Shown here: positions 1-11,480 of the stretch, piece after piece
Position numbering within the stretch: position 1 is the first letter of the stretch
How the letters are laid out: every line of letters begins with the position of its first letter
Assembly (NCBI RefSeq): GCF_001194135.2
Contig: NC_069004.1
Location: 12,501,586 to 12,565,585 of the forward strand
Direction of reading: 5' to 3'
Source of the DNA: Octopus bimaculoides
Taxonomy: Eukaryota
DNA: 64,000 bases
Notes under the pieces: model-generated
What the model was told of the DNA's origin: nothing
Databases searched by the model: none
What the model saw: the letters and a program-made list of their open reading frames with translations, nothing else
Program-made: the position numbers and the translations under genes

Positions 1-300
1 TTGAAGTGAATGGTTGTATGGTCAAAACGACCCTTAAATATATGAGAATGGAGAAAACAGCAAGCCTGTCAGATTTAGTTACTTATATTATGGAAATATT
101 AGGAAAACGGGGCTTGAGCTAGTTAATGATATTGTCAGTCAATACAGAAAGGTATCATAACTGATAACAGGCATAGCAATATTCAGCTCACAACTGTAAG
201 GTCATGAGTTCAATTCTCAGTGATGCATTGTGTCCTTGAGCAAGACACTTTATTTCACATTGCTCCATTCTATTCAGCTGGTAAAAATGAGAGGCAAAGA

Positions 301-618
301 GGTAAAGAGGAGGAACAGACAGGGAGTGAGAGAGAGGAGATTCATAGCACTGACAGGTAAGACAAATATAATGCATCAAATGCAGGACGATGAGTGAAAG
401 GCATGGAGACATAGAGGAGGGAGAGGGGAGGAAGGGGTAAGAGAGAGAGAGAGAGTTACAGAGAGAGATTCAGTGAAGGAAGGGAGTGGATACAGAATGA
501 TAGTGAAAGACATTGAGACCGTTTTCATATTGTCATAGAGAAAATGCTGCAAAACTTTTCCTTTTCAACGATATATGATAAAGCAGTTGAAAATATAGAA
601 ATTGCAAAAACAAATGTT
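301..618. repeat. Purine-rich direct repeat, second copy ~1895-2209 (and 775-895 vs 1815-1930)
   Basis: Shared blocks e.g. aaacttttccttttcaacgatatatgataaagcagttgaaaatat(a/g)gaaattgcaaaaacaaatgt. Confidence 0.8.
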
Positions 619-620
619 GC

Positions 621-661
<41 letters not shown>

Positions 662-989
662 ACCCTACCTATCTATCTGACAGCTATTCTCTCTCTCTCA
701 CACACTCACTCTCTCCCTCTGTCTATCTCTCCCTCAGCAAATACCTGTGGATGTTACTTTTACTTTCCTGCAGTTGAAGGGAGAGGTGCAAAGAAAAAGA
801 GAAATAAAAGGTGTTAAGCAGAGGAGGTATAGTTGAAGTGAGTGGCAAAGTGAGAGACAAGAGGGACAGAGAGAGGAAGTGAGACAGAGTGAGTGGTGAC
901 TGAAAGGAAGGTGGCATTCGTTTTGTGTTTTTCCCTGTTCATCAGTATTTTCAGAATAGACGATATATAATAACAGAACAACATCATTC

Positions 990-1805
990 TCTATTTAGCA
1001 TTGGTGACATGAACGTAGTATGCCCGCACTGTCACACATAGATTTCTGCAAAAGTCATTTAATTGTTGCCAGAATGATAAGGTTTCTTTCCAACTCTAGG
1101 CACAAGGCCTGAAATTTGGGGGAGGGGGCAGTCGATTAGATTGACCTCAGTATGCAACTGGTATTTAATTTATCGACCCTGAAAGGATGAAAGGCAAGTT
1201 CGACCTCGGCAGAATTTGAACTCAGAATGTAATGTCAAACAAAATACCGCTAAACATTTCGCCTGATGTGCTAACATTTTTTATTTCTTTTATTGCCCAC
1301 AAGGGGCTAAACATAGAGGGGACAAACAAGGACAGACAAAGGGATTAAGTCGATTACATCGACCCCAGTGCGTAACTAGTACTTAATTTATCAACCCCGG
1401 AAGGATGAAAGGCAAAGTTGACCTCAGCAGAATTTGAACTCAGAATGTAATGGCAGACGATATATTGCTAAGCATTTTGCCCGGTGTGTAACGTTTCTGT
1501 CAGCTTGCTGCCTTAATGGTAAGGTTTCTTTGCCTAATCTACAAGAATATCCTGACCAACTAAAGCAACTTATTGAGAGCACCAACATTGAAGGAATAAA
1601 CTTTAGTCAGAACATCAGAAACTATAATTCAATGTATTCATTCACCTCATTTGGAGCCAATGTCACACCACCCACTGGTCATGGCCTATATTGCTTCTGC
1701 TTGCGAGGACAAGTCTATCATCACACAAGCCACTTACATCGTGAAAACAATGAACCTACAAGATATAGTCAACTCTATATTGTTGATTCTAATGAAGCCT
1801 TCTGA
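990..1805 (+). mobile_element. Helitron RepHel N-terminal coding fragment (decayed), split by SINE insertion
   Basis: SIGDMNVVCPHCH...NCCQNDKVS / GKVSLPNLQEYPDQLKQL...FSQNIRNYNSMYSFTSFGA...GQVYHH...YSQLYIVDSNEA, the Helitron-like N-terminal pattern. Confidence 0.8.
1090..1514 (-). mobile_element. Two stacked tRNA-derived SINEs with 17-bp TSD
   Basis: TSD aatgataaggtttcttt (1073-1089) / aatggtaaggtttcttt (1515-1531). Same family at ~14515-14745, 15710-16190, 16820-17260, 22010-22400, 28320-29000, 29585-30000, 30770-30990, 42830-43065, 54000-54160 and 62040-62250. Confidence 0.85.
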
Positions 1806-2378
1806 TGTCTGTTACATTTACTTGAAAAGAAAAAGTAAAAAGACAGAAATAAAACTTGTTAAGCAGAGGAAGTATAGTTGAAGTGTGAGACAAAACATCG
1901 AAGCAGAGGGACAAACAGGGAGTGAGAGAAATGAGATTCATAGCACCAACAGGTCAGACAAATATAATACGTTAAACGCAAGAGGATTGGTGAGAGGCAA
2001 GGAAACACAGGGAAGGGAGGGGGAAGAGAGAGAGAGTGGGGACAGAGAGAGTTACAGAGATAGATTCAGTGAAGGGAGTGGATTCAGAATAATAGTGAAA
2101 GACAATGAAGCTGTTCTTATATTGTCATAGAGAAAACACTGGAAAACTTTTCCTTTTCAACGATATATGATAAAGCAGTTGAAAATATGGAAATTGCAAA
2201 AACAAATGTCACCAAGTATCTTCCTTATACATAATTATTCGATATTTATTAAATGAAATCACTATTTACAGATGCTTACATTTTGTGTTTCCGTGAAGTT
2301 TTTGCTGGTCCAGCTAGTTATTATAGTTCTCTAAACCATGACAGGGGAGTTTAAAACTGGTTGTTCATAGGAACTCCT

Positions 2379-2740
2379 GTGGAGGCACAATGGCCCAGTG
2401 GTTAAGGCAGCGGACTCGCGGTTGTAGGATCGCGGTTTCGATTCCCAGACCGGGCGTTGTGAGTGTTTATTGAGCGAAAACACCTAAAGCTCCACGAGGC
2501 TCTGGTAGGGGATGGTGGCGAACCCTGCTGTACTCTTTCACCACAACTTTCTCTCACTCTTACTTCCTGTTTCTGTTGTGCCTGTAATTCAAAGGGTCAG
2601 CCTTGTCACACTGTGTCATGCTGAATATCCCCGAGAACTATGTTAAGGATACACGTGTCTGTGGAGTGCTCAGCCACTTGCACGTTAATTTCATGAGCAG
2701 GCTGTTCTGTTGATCGGATCAACTGGAACCCTCGACATCG
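2379..2740 (+). mobile_element. tRNA-derived SINE (long family)
   Basis: A box TGGCCCAGTGG, B box GGTTTCGATTCC; near-identical minus-strand copies at 43815-44192 and 52279-52660. Confidence 0.85.
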
Positions 2741-3318
2741 NNNNNNNNNNNNNNNNNNNNNNNNNNNNNNNNNNNNNNNNNNNNNNNNNNNNNNNNNNNN
2801 NNNNNNNNNNNNNNNNNNNNNNNNNNNNNNNNNNNNNNNNNNNNNNNNNNNNNNNNNNNNNNNNNNNNNNNNNNNNNNNNNNNNNNNNNNNNNNNNNNNN
2901 NNNNNNNNNNNNNNNNNNNNNNNNNNNNNNNNNNNNNNNNNNNNNNNNNNNNNNNNNNNNNNNNNNNNNNNNNNNNNNNNNNNNNNNNNNNNNNNNNNNN
3001 NNNNNNNNNNNNNNNNNNNNNNNNNNNNNNNNNNNNNNNNNNNNNNNNNNNNNNNNNNNNNNNNNNNNNNNNNNNNNNNNNNNNNNNNNNNNNNNNNNNN
3101 NNNNNNNNNNNNNNNNNNNNNNNNNNNNNNNNNNNNNNNNNNNNNNNNNNNNNNNNNNNNNNNNNNNNNNNNNNNNNNNNNNNNNNNNNNNNNNNNNNNN
3201 NNNNNNNNNNNNNNNNNNNNNNNNNNNNNNNNNNNNNNNNNNNNNNNNNNNNNNNNNNNNNNNNNNNNNNNNNNNNNNNNNNNNNNNNNNCAGAGAAAGG
3301 TAATTAAAATTCATTAAA

Positions 3319-3935
3319 ATGACAGATCTATCGGACTTTCAAAGAGGTCAAATTGTTGGTGCTTATATGACAGGTGCTAGTGTAACAAAAACAGCTGAAA
3401 TGTTTGGTGTATCAAGAAGTACTGTCTCGAAAGTAAAGACAGCCTTTGAGAAAGAGGGGAAAACCTCCTCGTCGAAACAAAACTCCAGAAGAAAACCAAA
3501 ACTTTCAGATAAGGACCATCGGACTCTTATGTTAGAAAGGATCACAAAAGTACAGCTCCCAAAATTACTGCAGAGCTTAATGACCACCTCAAGAACCCAG
3601 TTTCCACAAAAACTGTTCGCCGGGAGCTGCACAAAGCTGGATTTCACGGGAGGGCTGCAATCAGAAAAGCACTACTTTCAAAAACAAACGTTGCAGAGCG
3701 TTTAGAGTGGAGTAAAAACCTACNNNNNNNNNNGATTTTTACTCCACTCTAAACAAACGTTGCAGAGCGTTTAGAGTGGAGTAAAAATCTACAGAATTGG
3801 TCCCTAGAGCAGTGGAAGAATACTGTTTTCTCGGACAAGCCATCCTTTACCTTATTTCTGACCGCCGACCAAGAATATGTGTGGAGACAGCCAAAAGAAG
3901 CATTTGAGCCAAACTGCCTTTTACTTGTTTCAGTC
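3319..3935 (+). mobile_element. Tc1-like transposase remnant
   Basis: MTDLSDFQRGQIVGAYMTGASVTKTAEMFGVSRSTVSKV... paired-like HTH; frameshifted; later 'VFSDKPSFTLF' first catalytic region. Confidence 0.85.
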
Positions 3936-4506
3936 ATTGAACTGTGGCCATGCTGGGACACTGTCTTAAAGAGTTTAGTTGAACGAATAGACGCCAGTAC
4001 TTTTTTTTTTAAAGTCTGGTACTTATTCTATCAGAAATTTTTGCTGACTCGTTAAGTTACAGAGATGTAAACAAACCAATACCGGTTATCAAGCAGTGAT
4101 AGAGAAGAACAGTAAGACACATTTACATACACAAATATACACAACAGTCCTCCACTCTGTTCCCGTCTACCAAATTCACTCACAAGGCATTGGCTAGCCT
4201 GGAGCTATAGTAGAAGAAACTTGCCCAAGGTGCTACGCAGCAGGTCTGAACCCGAAACCTCGTAGCTGCAAAGCGAATTTCTTAACCACAAGCCAAGCCT
4301 GTCAAACTAAGAATTTCATAGTCAAATGCTTTTTAAAAAGACCAAAACGAAAACTCTGACAAGAACTGGCTCCAAAGTGGAAATTTCGAGATTAAACACT
4401 AGCTGAGAAGGGAGATAATTGAGAAAGCTCTATTCTAGAGTTACTGTCCTTTGTTGTAGGACTTTCCAGTTATTTAAGGTTTTCATATTTGATTCACTCT
4501 GCCATA

Positions 4507-4587
4507 ATGGTCACTGTAGAACATGGATTTGGGGCTTTCTTGACCTCTGTTTTCCACCCTTTGTCGTATGCGAAGTTTTTAATCCAG
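4507..4587 (+). CDS. MTCH2: MTCH2-like exon 1
   Basis: MVTVEHGFGAFLTSVFHPLSYAKFLIQ; donor CAG|gtaaga. Confidence 0.88.
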
Positions 4588-5069
4588 GTAAGACTTTTAT
4601 AGCGTCTGTAATTCAAGCCTGGCTTCGTTTTTTTCCTGTATGTCTTCTAAACAAACGTCTGCAATACGACACGTGTATCTTCCTTTCAACCCCAGTTGCT
4701 CCTTCTCTAACCTCTATTAGCAATGGGTGTCGTTCCTCTTTAATAGTTAACAACTGTAAAACACCTTTTCACACCTTTTTACTGGTGGGTTTTTTTTTTT
4801 TAAATCGTTATTTTTTAAGTTAAAAGTATGTATTTCCGCGTTGCCAGTTCGTTTCTATTTGCCTATTGGTATATTTGACCACAAACCTGGGCAAGCACCG
4901 TCTCTTGTGTTTAATCATTTATTTATTTTCCTAAATGATTTTACTCACGTTTTGTGTATGCAGCCTGGTTTACTGACAGGAAATAAGTGCAAAATGATCC
5001 ACAAAGACCACATTATCTACAATTATACGCAAACACACTTTATATATATGTATATATGTATATATATAT

Positions 5070-5101
<32 letters not shown>

Positions 5102-8100
5102 CACTTCCCTGTCTATATATATATGTGTGTGTGTGTTGAAATTTAGATGTATATGGATAATCAAATTTATAGTGTTATTTTATAAATTATCTCGCTCTTA
5201 TGTTCCTAACGATTTTTAAAAAAAAGCAGTTTATTTTACAGAATTGTGATAAGGTTACTAATGATATTGTTCTTGGGAAAGGCATGAATGTCAAAGCTAA
5301 AAATCTTGAGTTCATATAAGAAACTGTTAATAATTTTATAAATAATTGTGTATATCTTTGTTAATAATGTTTGTTAAATTAGTAGTTTCTCATTATGATT
5401 ATTCCTAGCTTAAATATCGATTTCTGGCAAAGATTCTCGGCCTCCAGTTTTTGGGGGAAATGATCCTAAATTGATTACATTAGTCCCAATACTTGACTAG
5501 TTCTATTTTATCAACCCCTGTGAGTCATTGGCGGAATTTGAACTCAGAGTATAAAGGTATTCAGTTAGTAATTAATGCAAAGGTATTTAGGATATCACGG
5601 AAGTAACTGTCTAAATTTATAACTTCAACATTCTCAGATTTCATGCAAGGTATGATAAAAAAAAATTAAAAAACCCAACGAATATCGAACCAGCGAACCA
5701 CCGGAATGAAATATGTTGGTTGTGTTGTTGACATTGAACACAAAGAAGAGACATTGGTGTCATTAATTAATTAATACCTGTAATTAACAGGATTTACTAG
5801 TGTTTTTTTTCTTCTCGTATTATCATAAATTTTACTGTTGTTTCGTATTTTTTCTGTATTGTAATATAAACTGTTAAATGAAATGAAATTTGTAGCAGAC
5901 CATCAAATGACATTTGAATTTTCACATTTGACTATTAATTTTGTGGTACCTGTATTTTTGTTATTGTTTTCGAACGAAAATAATAATTTTATTATCTATC
6001 AAGGTTATTTTTCTTGGTTGACTCTCCCTAAATGTCCTGTTAAGACCGTATTTACTTCTTTTTTTTTATTTTAATCCACCAACGTCAGTTTAAAGGTCGT
6101 TTTGGTACGATTACAATTAATTAAACGTTCGACTGCACACCAACGTTGTTAATTAACTAAAATGTTATGGGTTTATATATTTATTAATGAAAACCTTCAT
6201 GTGAACGTCGGGTGTGAGATTAAGGTGAATGTTTTGCAAGGCAGAAAGCTACACCTGTCAACGTAACATCGTGTAAAAAATCCTCAACTGTTGTTCTCAA
6301 AATGAATTTCTTAAGTACTATAATAGACATTATAGTACTATAATGTTGGTCAATATACGGACATACTTAGTAAGTTAGTGACCATTGATGAAACTAACTT
6401 CAATATAGATTCTTTGGTTGAGATGTGGGACAGATTAAGCTGGAGTATCTCCTGTTTTTTTTTTTTAAATCTAAATGACATATTTTTAAAATAGAGATAA
6501 AATAAGTATGACATTGCTACATTCTTAAGTTTTGGCTGCTTAAAAGAAGTCGACTTTCAATTATTTTGACAGTGTGTCGGTCTTTCAGTTATTTTGATAG
6601 TGTAACATTTTTATTTCCTTGTTTGTAAAAATGAGAAAGCATTATTCATAGTTGAATTCAGACTAACATGACGCTAGGGACTCTCCCCCACAGTTTAGCA
6701 CTTATGACTCTTCATTAACACCTTTGATATCAAATATTGAGACTACTTCTGGTTTTATGATAAACTTCCTATTTTAAAGTGATTATAATTAAAACTCTCT
6801 CAAATCAAAAAGACATATGGTTAGTTCACAGAACAAAACTTTTTGTGAAGTTCAAATACAAAAATATTTATTGATTGTTGTCATTCCAACAACAGGAAAA
6901 AGCTGAGTCACTTTGTGTATGTGTGCCACTTTGTATCAGCAATGAAAGTGGATTGTAAGTAGCTGTTGAATTTTATAGTGGGTGCCCTAAGTTCTTGCGG
7001 CAACTGTATATACTCAACAATCTATCAAAGAAAAGGGGCCAAAGACAAAATTGTTAATGAAATTCCAATAGGTTGTTTACAACAAGCATCCTGCTGGGTC
7101 TGTCATGTTTTCACTGACCAGCCCAACTTCTGATAAAAACAAGTTCTTAGTGTGTTTACCAGGGACCTGAATGGTCAGTTCCTTACTGATATCATCAATC
7201 CCTGACAAGACCCTGTTTTTGTATTTACAATTACTTTAACTTCTGAACACATAGATGTCAGGTTTAGTTCCTAAGCAGTGAAGTTGGGTGTTTGGCCCTC
7301 TGCCAATATTCCTGCCTCACCTCCATCAAAGCTGCATGCTAATTTGTGTTGCAAACACCAACTTAATAATGACAAATTTCTTTTACTAAATTCATCATTA
7401 TTTTCAAATTTAATTAAAGCAAAAAGCAAGTGTATTTCAACAGAAATCTGATGGCAAAAATAGTTAGCAGCCCCTAGTTATGTTCCTTATGGCTAGCAAA
7501 TAAACTTTATTTTCATTTTTTCTGTGTTCTCTCAACAACCAGCTTTAGTTATTTGAAAGACACTGCTCTACAACGACTAGGTTTCGTTAGAAAGTGAAAA
7601 TAGTTTCACACTTTCAATTTGAACCAAAATTACAAAGTGCTGCATTATGAGTGACAATGGGTGAATAATGAAAGTAATGTTTCTCCGAATTAGTCACATT
7701 TGTACTATGATAAAGAAAGCTACTTATCATCTATCAGGACTAATGCAGTTTCGCACCTCTCCTTGAAAAATGTATTTTAAAAAAAACAATTTTTTCGGAT
7801 TCGTATGTTTTAGATGTCAGAGATTACAAATATGCNNNNNNNNNNNNNNNNNNNNNNNNNNNNNNNNNNNNNNNNNNNNNNNNNNNNNNNNNNNNNNNNN
7901 NNNNNNNNNNNNNNNNNNNNNNNNNNNNNNNNNNNNNNNNNNNNNNNNNNNNNNNNNNNNNNNNNNNNNNNNNNNNNNNNNNNNNNNNNNNNNNNNNNNN
8001 NNNNNNNNNNNNNNNNNNNNNNNNNNNNNNNNNNNNNNNNNNNNNNNNNNNNNNNNNNNNNNNNNNNNNNNNNNNNNNNNNNNNNNNNNNNNNNNNNNNN

Positions 8101-11100
8101 NNNNNNNNNNNNNNNNNNNNNNNNNNNNNNNNNNNNNNNNNNNNNNNNNNNNNNNNNNNNNNNNNNNNNNNNNNNNNNNNNNNNNNNNNNNNNNTAAACG
8201 AATAGAGATAAATAGATAGACAAATAAATAAATGGATGAAAAAGTTCAAAATTTAAAATTGGGGGAGGGGATGAAATTTGAGCCCCTTATTAAACTTTAT
8301 AACATTAATTATTAAACATTGTTTATTTCTCATAAAATGGTCTATATTTAAAGTAGTTGTATACTGCCAACTTAACGTGACAGTCCCAATAAGGGAATAT
8401 ACTATTGCTATTTAGCCCTAGGAAGCTAGACCGCTTCCTGTCGGCCTTGACACATTTCCTGTGTCCTTATCTTTGCAAGGGGAGACAAACTCCTGCATTC
8501 AGGGACATGTTTCTGAGTCTTTGCTCATCATCAGCCTGAAGTAGCACAACTAGCTGTTTGAAAAAGTCTGTGAGCCTCTCGCAAAGATATACTATTTCAG
8601 TGAAATACATTCACTGATTACAAAAATTAGAAATAATACATTTCTAAATCTCTGAGGGAGACTTATGCAGTAGTGATGTGATAAAGTAGTTGTATACTGC
8701 CAACTTAACATGACAGTCCCAATAAGGGAATATACTACTGCTATTTAGCCCTAGGAAGCTGGACCACTTCCTGTCGGCCTTGACACATTTCCTGTGTCCT
8801 TATCTTTGCGAGGGGAGACAAACTCCCCCACCTAGCCTAGCCTGCATTCAGGGACTTACATTCAATTATTATTTACGATTATTTAAGGCAAACAAGTAAA
8901 ACGCAAATTCTTTTCACTTTAATGTTTTTGTCTGTATTTAATTTCGATTTGCATATGTTCGTCAATTCGCTATGATCTCTTTAGAGCAAACAAAATCAAA
9001 AATTTTAATTGGTGCAGGTGGTTAAATTAAAAAGAATTTTTTGTTTGCATATTCGTAATCTCTGACATCTAAAACATAGGAATCCGAAAAAAAAAAAAAA
9101 TTTTATGCATTTTTCAAGGAGAGGTGCAAAACTGCATTAGCCCCCATCTATCTATATATATTGGATCATTCCATGAGTAGTTTTTTTTCAATTGCATGAA
9201 CTAAAAGTCAGAGGGGGATGGTTTAAACTACCTGCATCAACTTGCTATAAAAGCAGGTAGTAATTTTACCTTGTATTTATTCTTAGTGCAAGTTTTAAAG
9301 AGTGCAGTTCGATTTTAACAGCTATTTTTCCCAATCTATAATGGAAGTAACAAAGGAGCATATTTGGCATATTTTACTTTATGAGTTCAATAAAGGCAAC
9401 AACATAACAGAAAGTGCGAGGAATATTAATGCAGTATATGAGGATCGGACAATAAGTGTAAACCAGTCTTAACTGTGGTTCCAGAAATTCTGAGCTGGAA
9501 ATTACAGCCTAGAAGATGTGCCTCATCCTGGAAGATCTGTAGAGCTCAACAAGGACATCCTGCAAACCCTGGTGGAACAAAATCCCATTGTAACTGTTGA
9601 GGAACTAGCAGAGAAGCTTGGATTTGGTCATTCAACCATTCATTCAGCGCTAGAAAAACGACTATCTTAGGTTTCAAGAAGAAAGGTGTTTTCCATCAGG
9701 GTAGTGCTTAGCCTCATACAACCAGGATGACATTCTAAAGACTGGAGCAGTTTGAATGGGAAATGATACCCCACCCACCATATTTGCTGGACATTGCCCT
9801 ATTTGATTGTCATTTATTCCACAGTCTTCAAAATCATTTGGATGAAAAAAATATGAATTCTGTAGATGAGGTCAGAACAGTAGTAGAGGAGTATTTTTCA
9901 TCACACACAAGTGAATTTTGTATATCTACCAGATAGATGGAAGAGCATTGTAGAAAATGAAGGAGAGTATATTTTAGATTAGAAAAGGACTTTATCTTAA
10001 TTTTGAAAACTAAAAGAAGTATTTAAAAAACCACATTATTTATGGCATGACCCAATATAAAAGCTACCAAATAAAGTATGTTTTTGGTGCAACTCTTTTT
10101 TACTACTAAAATAACCTCGGAAACAAGGTCAAGTCACACAATTTTGAGGTAATTTTCAGGTAATAAGCCACAACCAAACAAATTTTATTAAAAGACATCC
10201 ATTTCTCTATATGTTATGAGGAAATACAGTCACTCACTCTCTCTCTCTCATGCACATGAACACATACTAAAAAGATGAGACAGTACAGTTTGAATGTGGG
10301 AGTATTGAGAAAATATGTTTCAAAGACCTCATTCTTGCCTGGAGTGAACAAATCTTAAACACAATGAAATTCCATTTATCTCCATGAAGTTCAACATCCT
10401 GAGGTTGGTCTTCACTACTTCATCCTATGTCTTCCTGGGTCTTCCTCTTCCTCAAGTCCCATCCACATTTAGCAACTGACACTTTCCATGGCTGTTCTCA
10501 CCCATATGCATCAAAGACTCATACCCTTGTAGTCTTCTCTCTTACATACTACATTTGATGCCTCTTAAGCTCAGTTTTTCTCTCAATGCATTTGCACTTT
10601 TTGTATGCACACTGATATTGCACATCCAGCAGAGCATGTTTAGCTTCATTCCTTTTTAGTTTCTCCATACCTTCTGCGTGTTTCACTGCCATATAGTGTC
10701 ATTGTTTGTATTATATATATTATACACACACACACACACATATATATANNNNNNNNNNNNNNNNNNNNNNNNNNNNNNNNNNNNNNNNNNNNNNNNNNNN
10801 NNNNNNNNNNNNNNNNNNNNNNNNNNNNNNNNNNNNNNNNNNNNNNNNNNNNNNNNNNNNNNNNNNNNNNNNNNNNNNNNNNNNNNNNNNNNNNNNNNNN
10901 NNNNNNNNNNNNNNNNNNNNNNNNNNNNNNNNNNNNNNNNNNNNNNNNNNNNNNNNNNNNNNNNNNNNNNNNNNNNNNNNNNNNNNNNNNNNNNNNNNNN
11001 NNNNNNNNNNNNNNNNNNNNNNNNNNNNNNNNNNNNNNNNNNNNNNNNNNNNNNNNNNNNNNNNNNNNNNNNNNNNNNNNNNNNNNNNNNNNNNNNNNNN

Positions 11101-11430
11101 NNNNNNNNNNNNNNNNNNNNNNNNNNNNNNNNNNNNNNNNNNNNNNNNNNNNNNNNNNNNNNNNNNNNNNNNNNNNNNNNNNNNNNNNNNNNNNNNNNNN
11201 NNNNNNNNNNNNNNNNNNNNNNNNNNNNNNNNNNNNNNNNNNNNNNNNNNNNNNNNNNNNNNNNNNNNNNNNNNNNNNNNNNNNNNNNNNNNNNNNNNNN
11301 NNNNNNNNNNNNNNNNNNNNNNNNNNNNNNNNNNNNNNNNNNNNGCAGTTTTAATAAAAGCATATTACTCTACCTTAGGTATTCAAGTACTTTTTTTCTA
11401 CCTCGTTTTGCATTTATGTGCTTATTTGTA

Positions 11431-11480
<50 letters not shown>

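Larger units (their letters stand above)
7736..9144. mobile_element. Non-autonomous DNA transposon with ~100-bp TIRs and 8-bp TSD
   Basis: TIR aggactaatgcagtttcgcacctctccttgaaaa...(7736-7835) vs ...ttttcaaggagaggtgcaaaactgcattagcccc (9043-9144); TSD catctatc at 7728-7735 and 9145-9152. Confidence 0.75.

Noticed and set aside
3697-3790. Duplicated aaacaaacgttgcagagcgtttagagtggagtaaaaa on both sides of a 9-N gap
   Set aside because: Overlapping contig ends; assembly artefact, not a tandem duplication.
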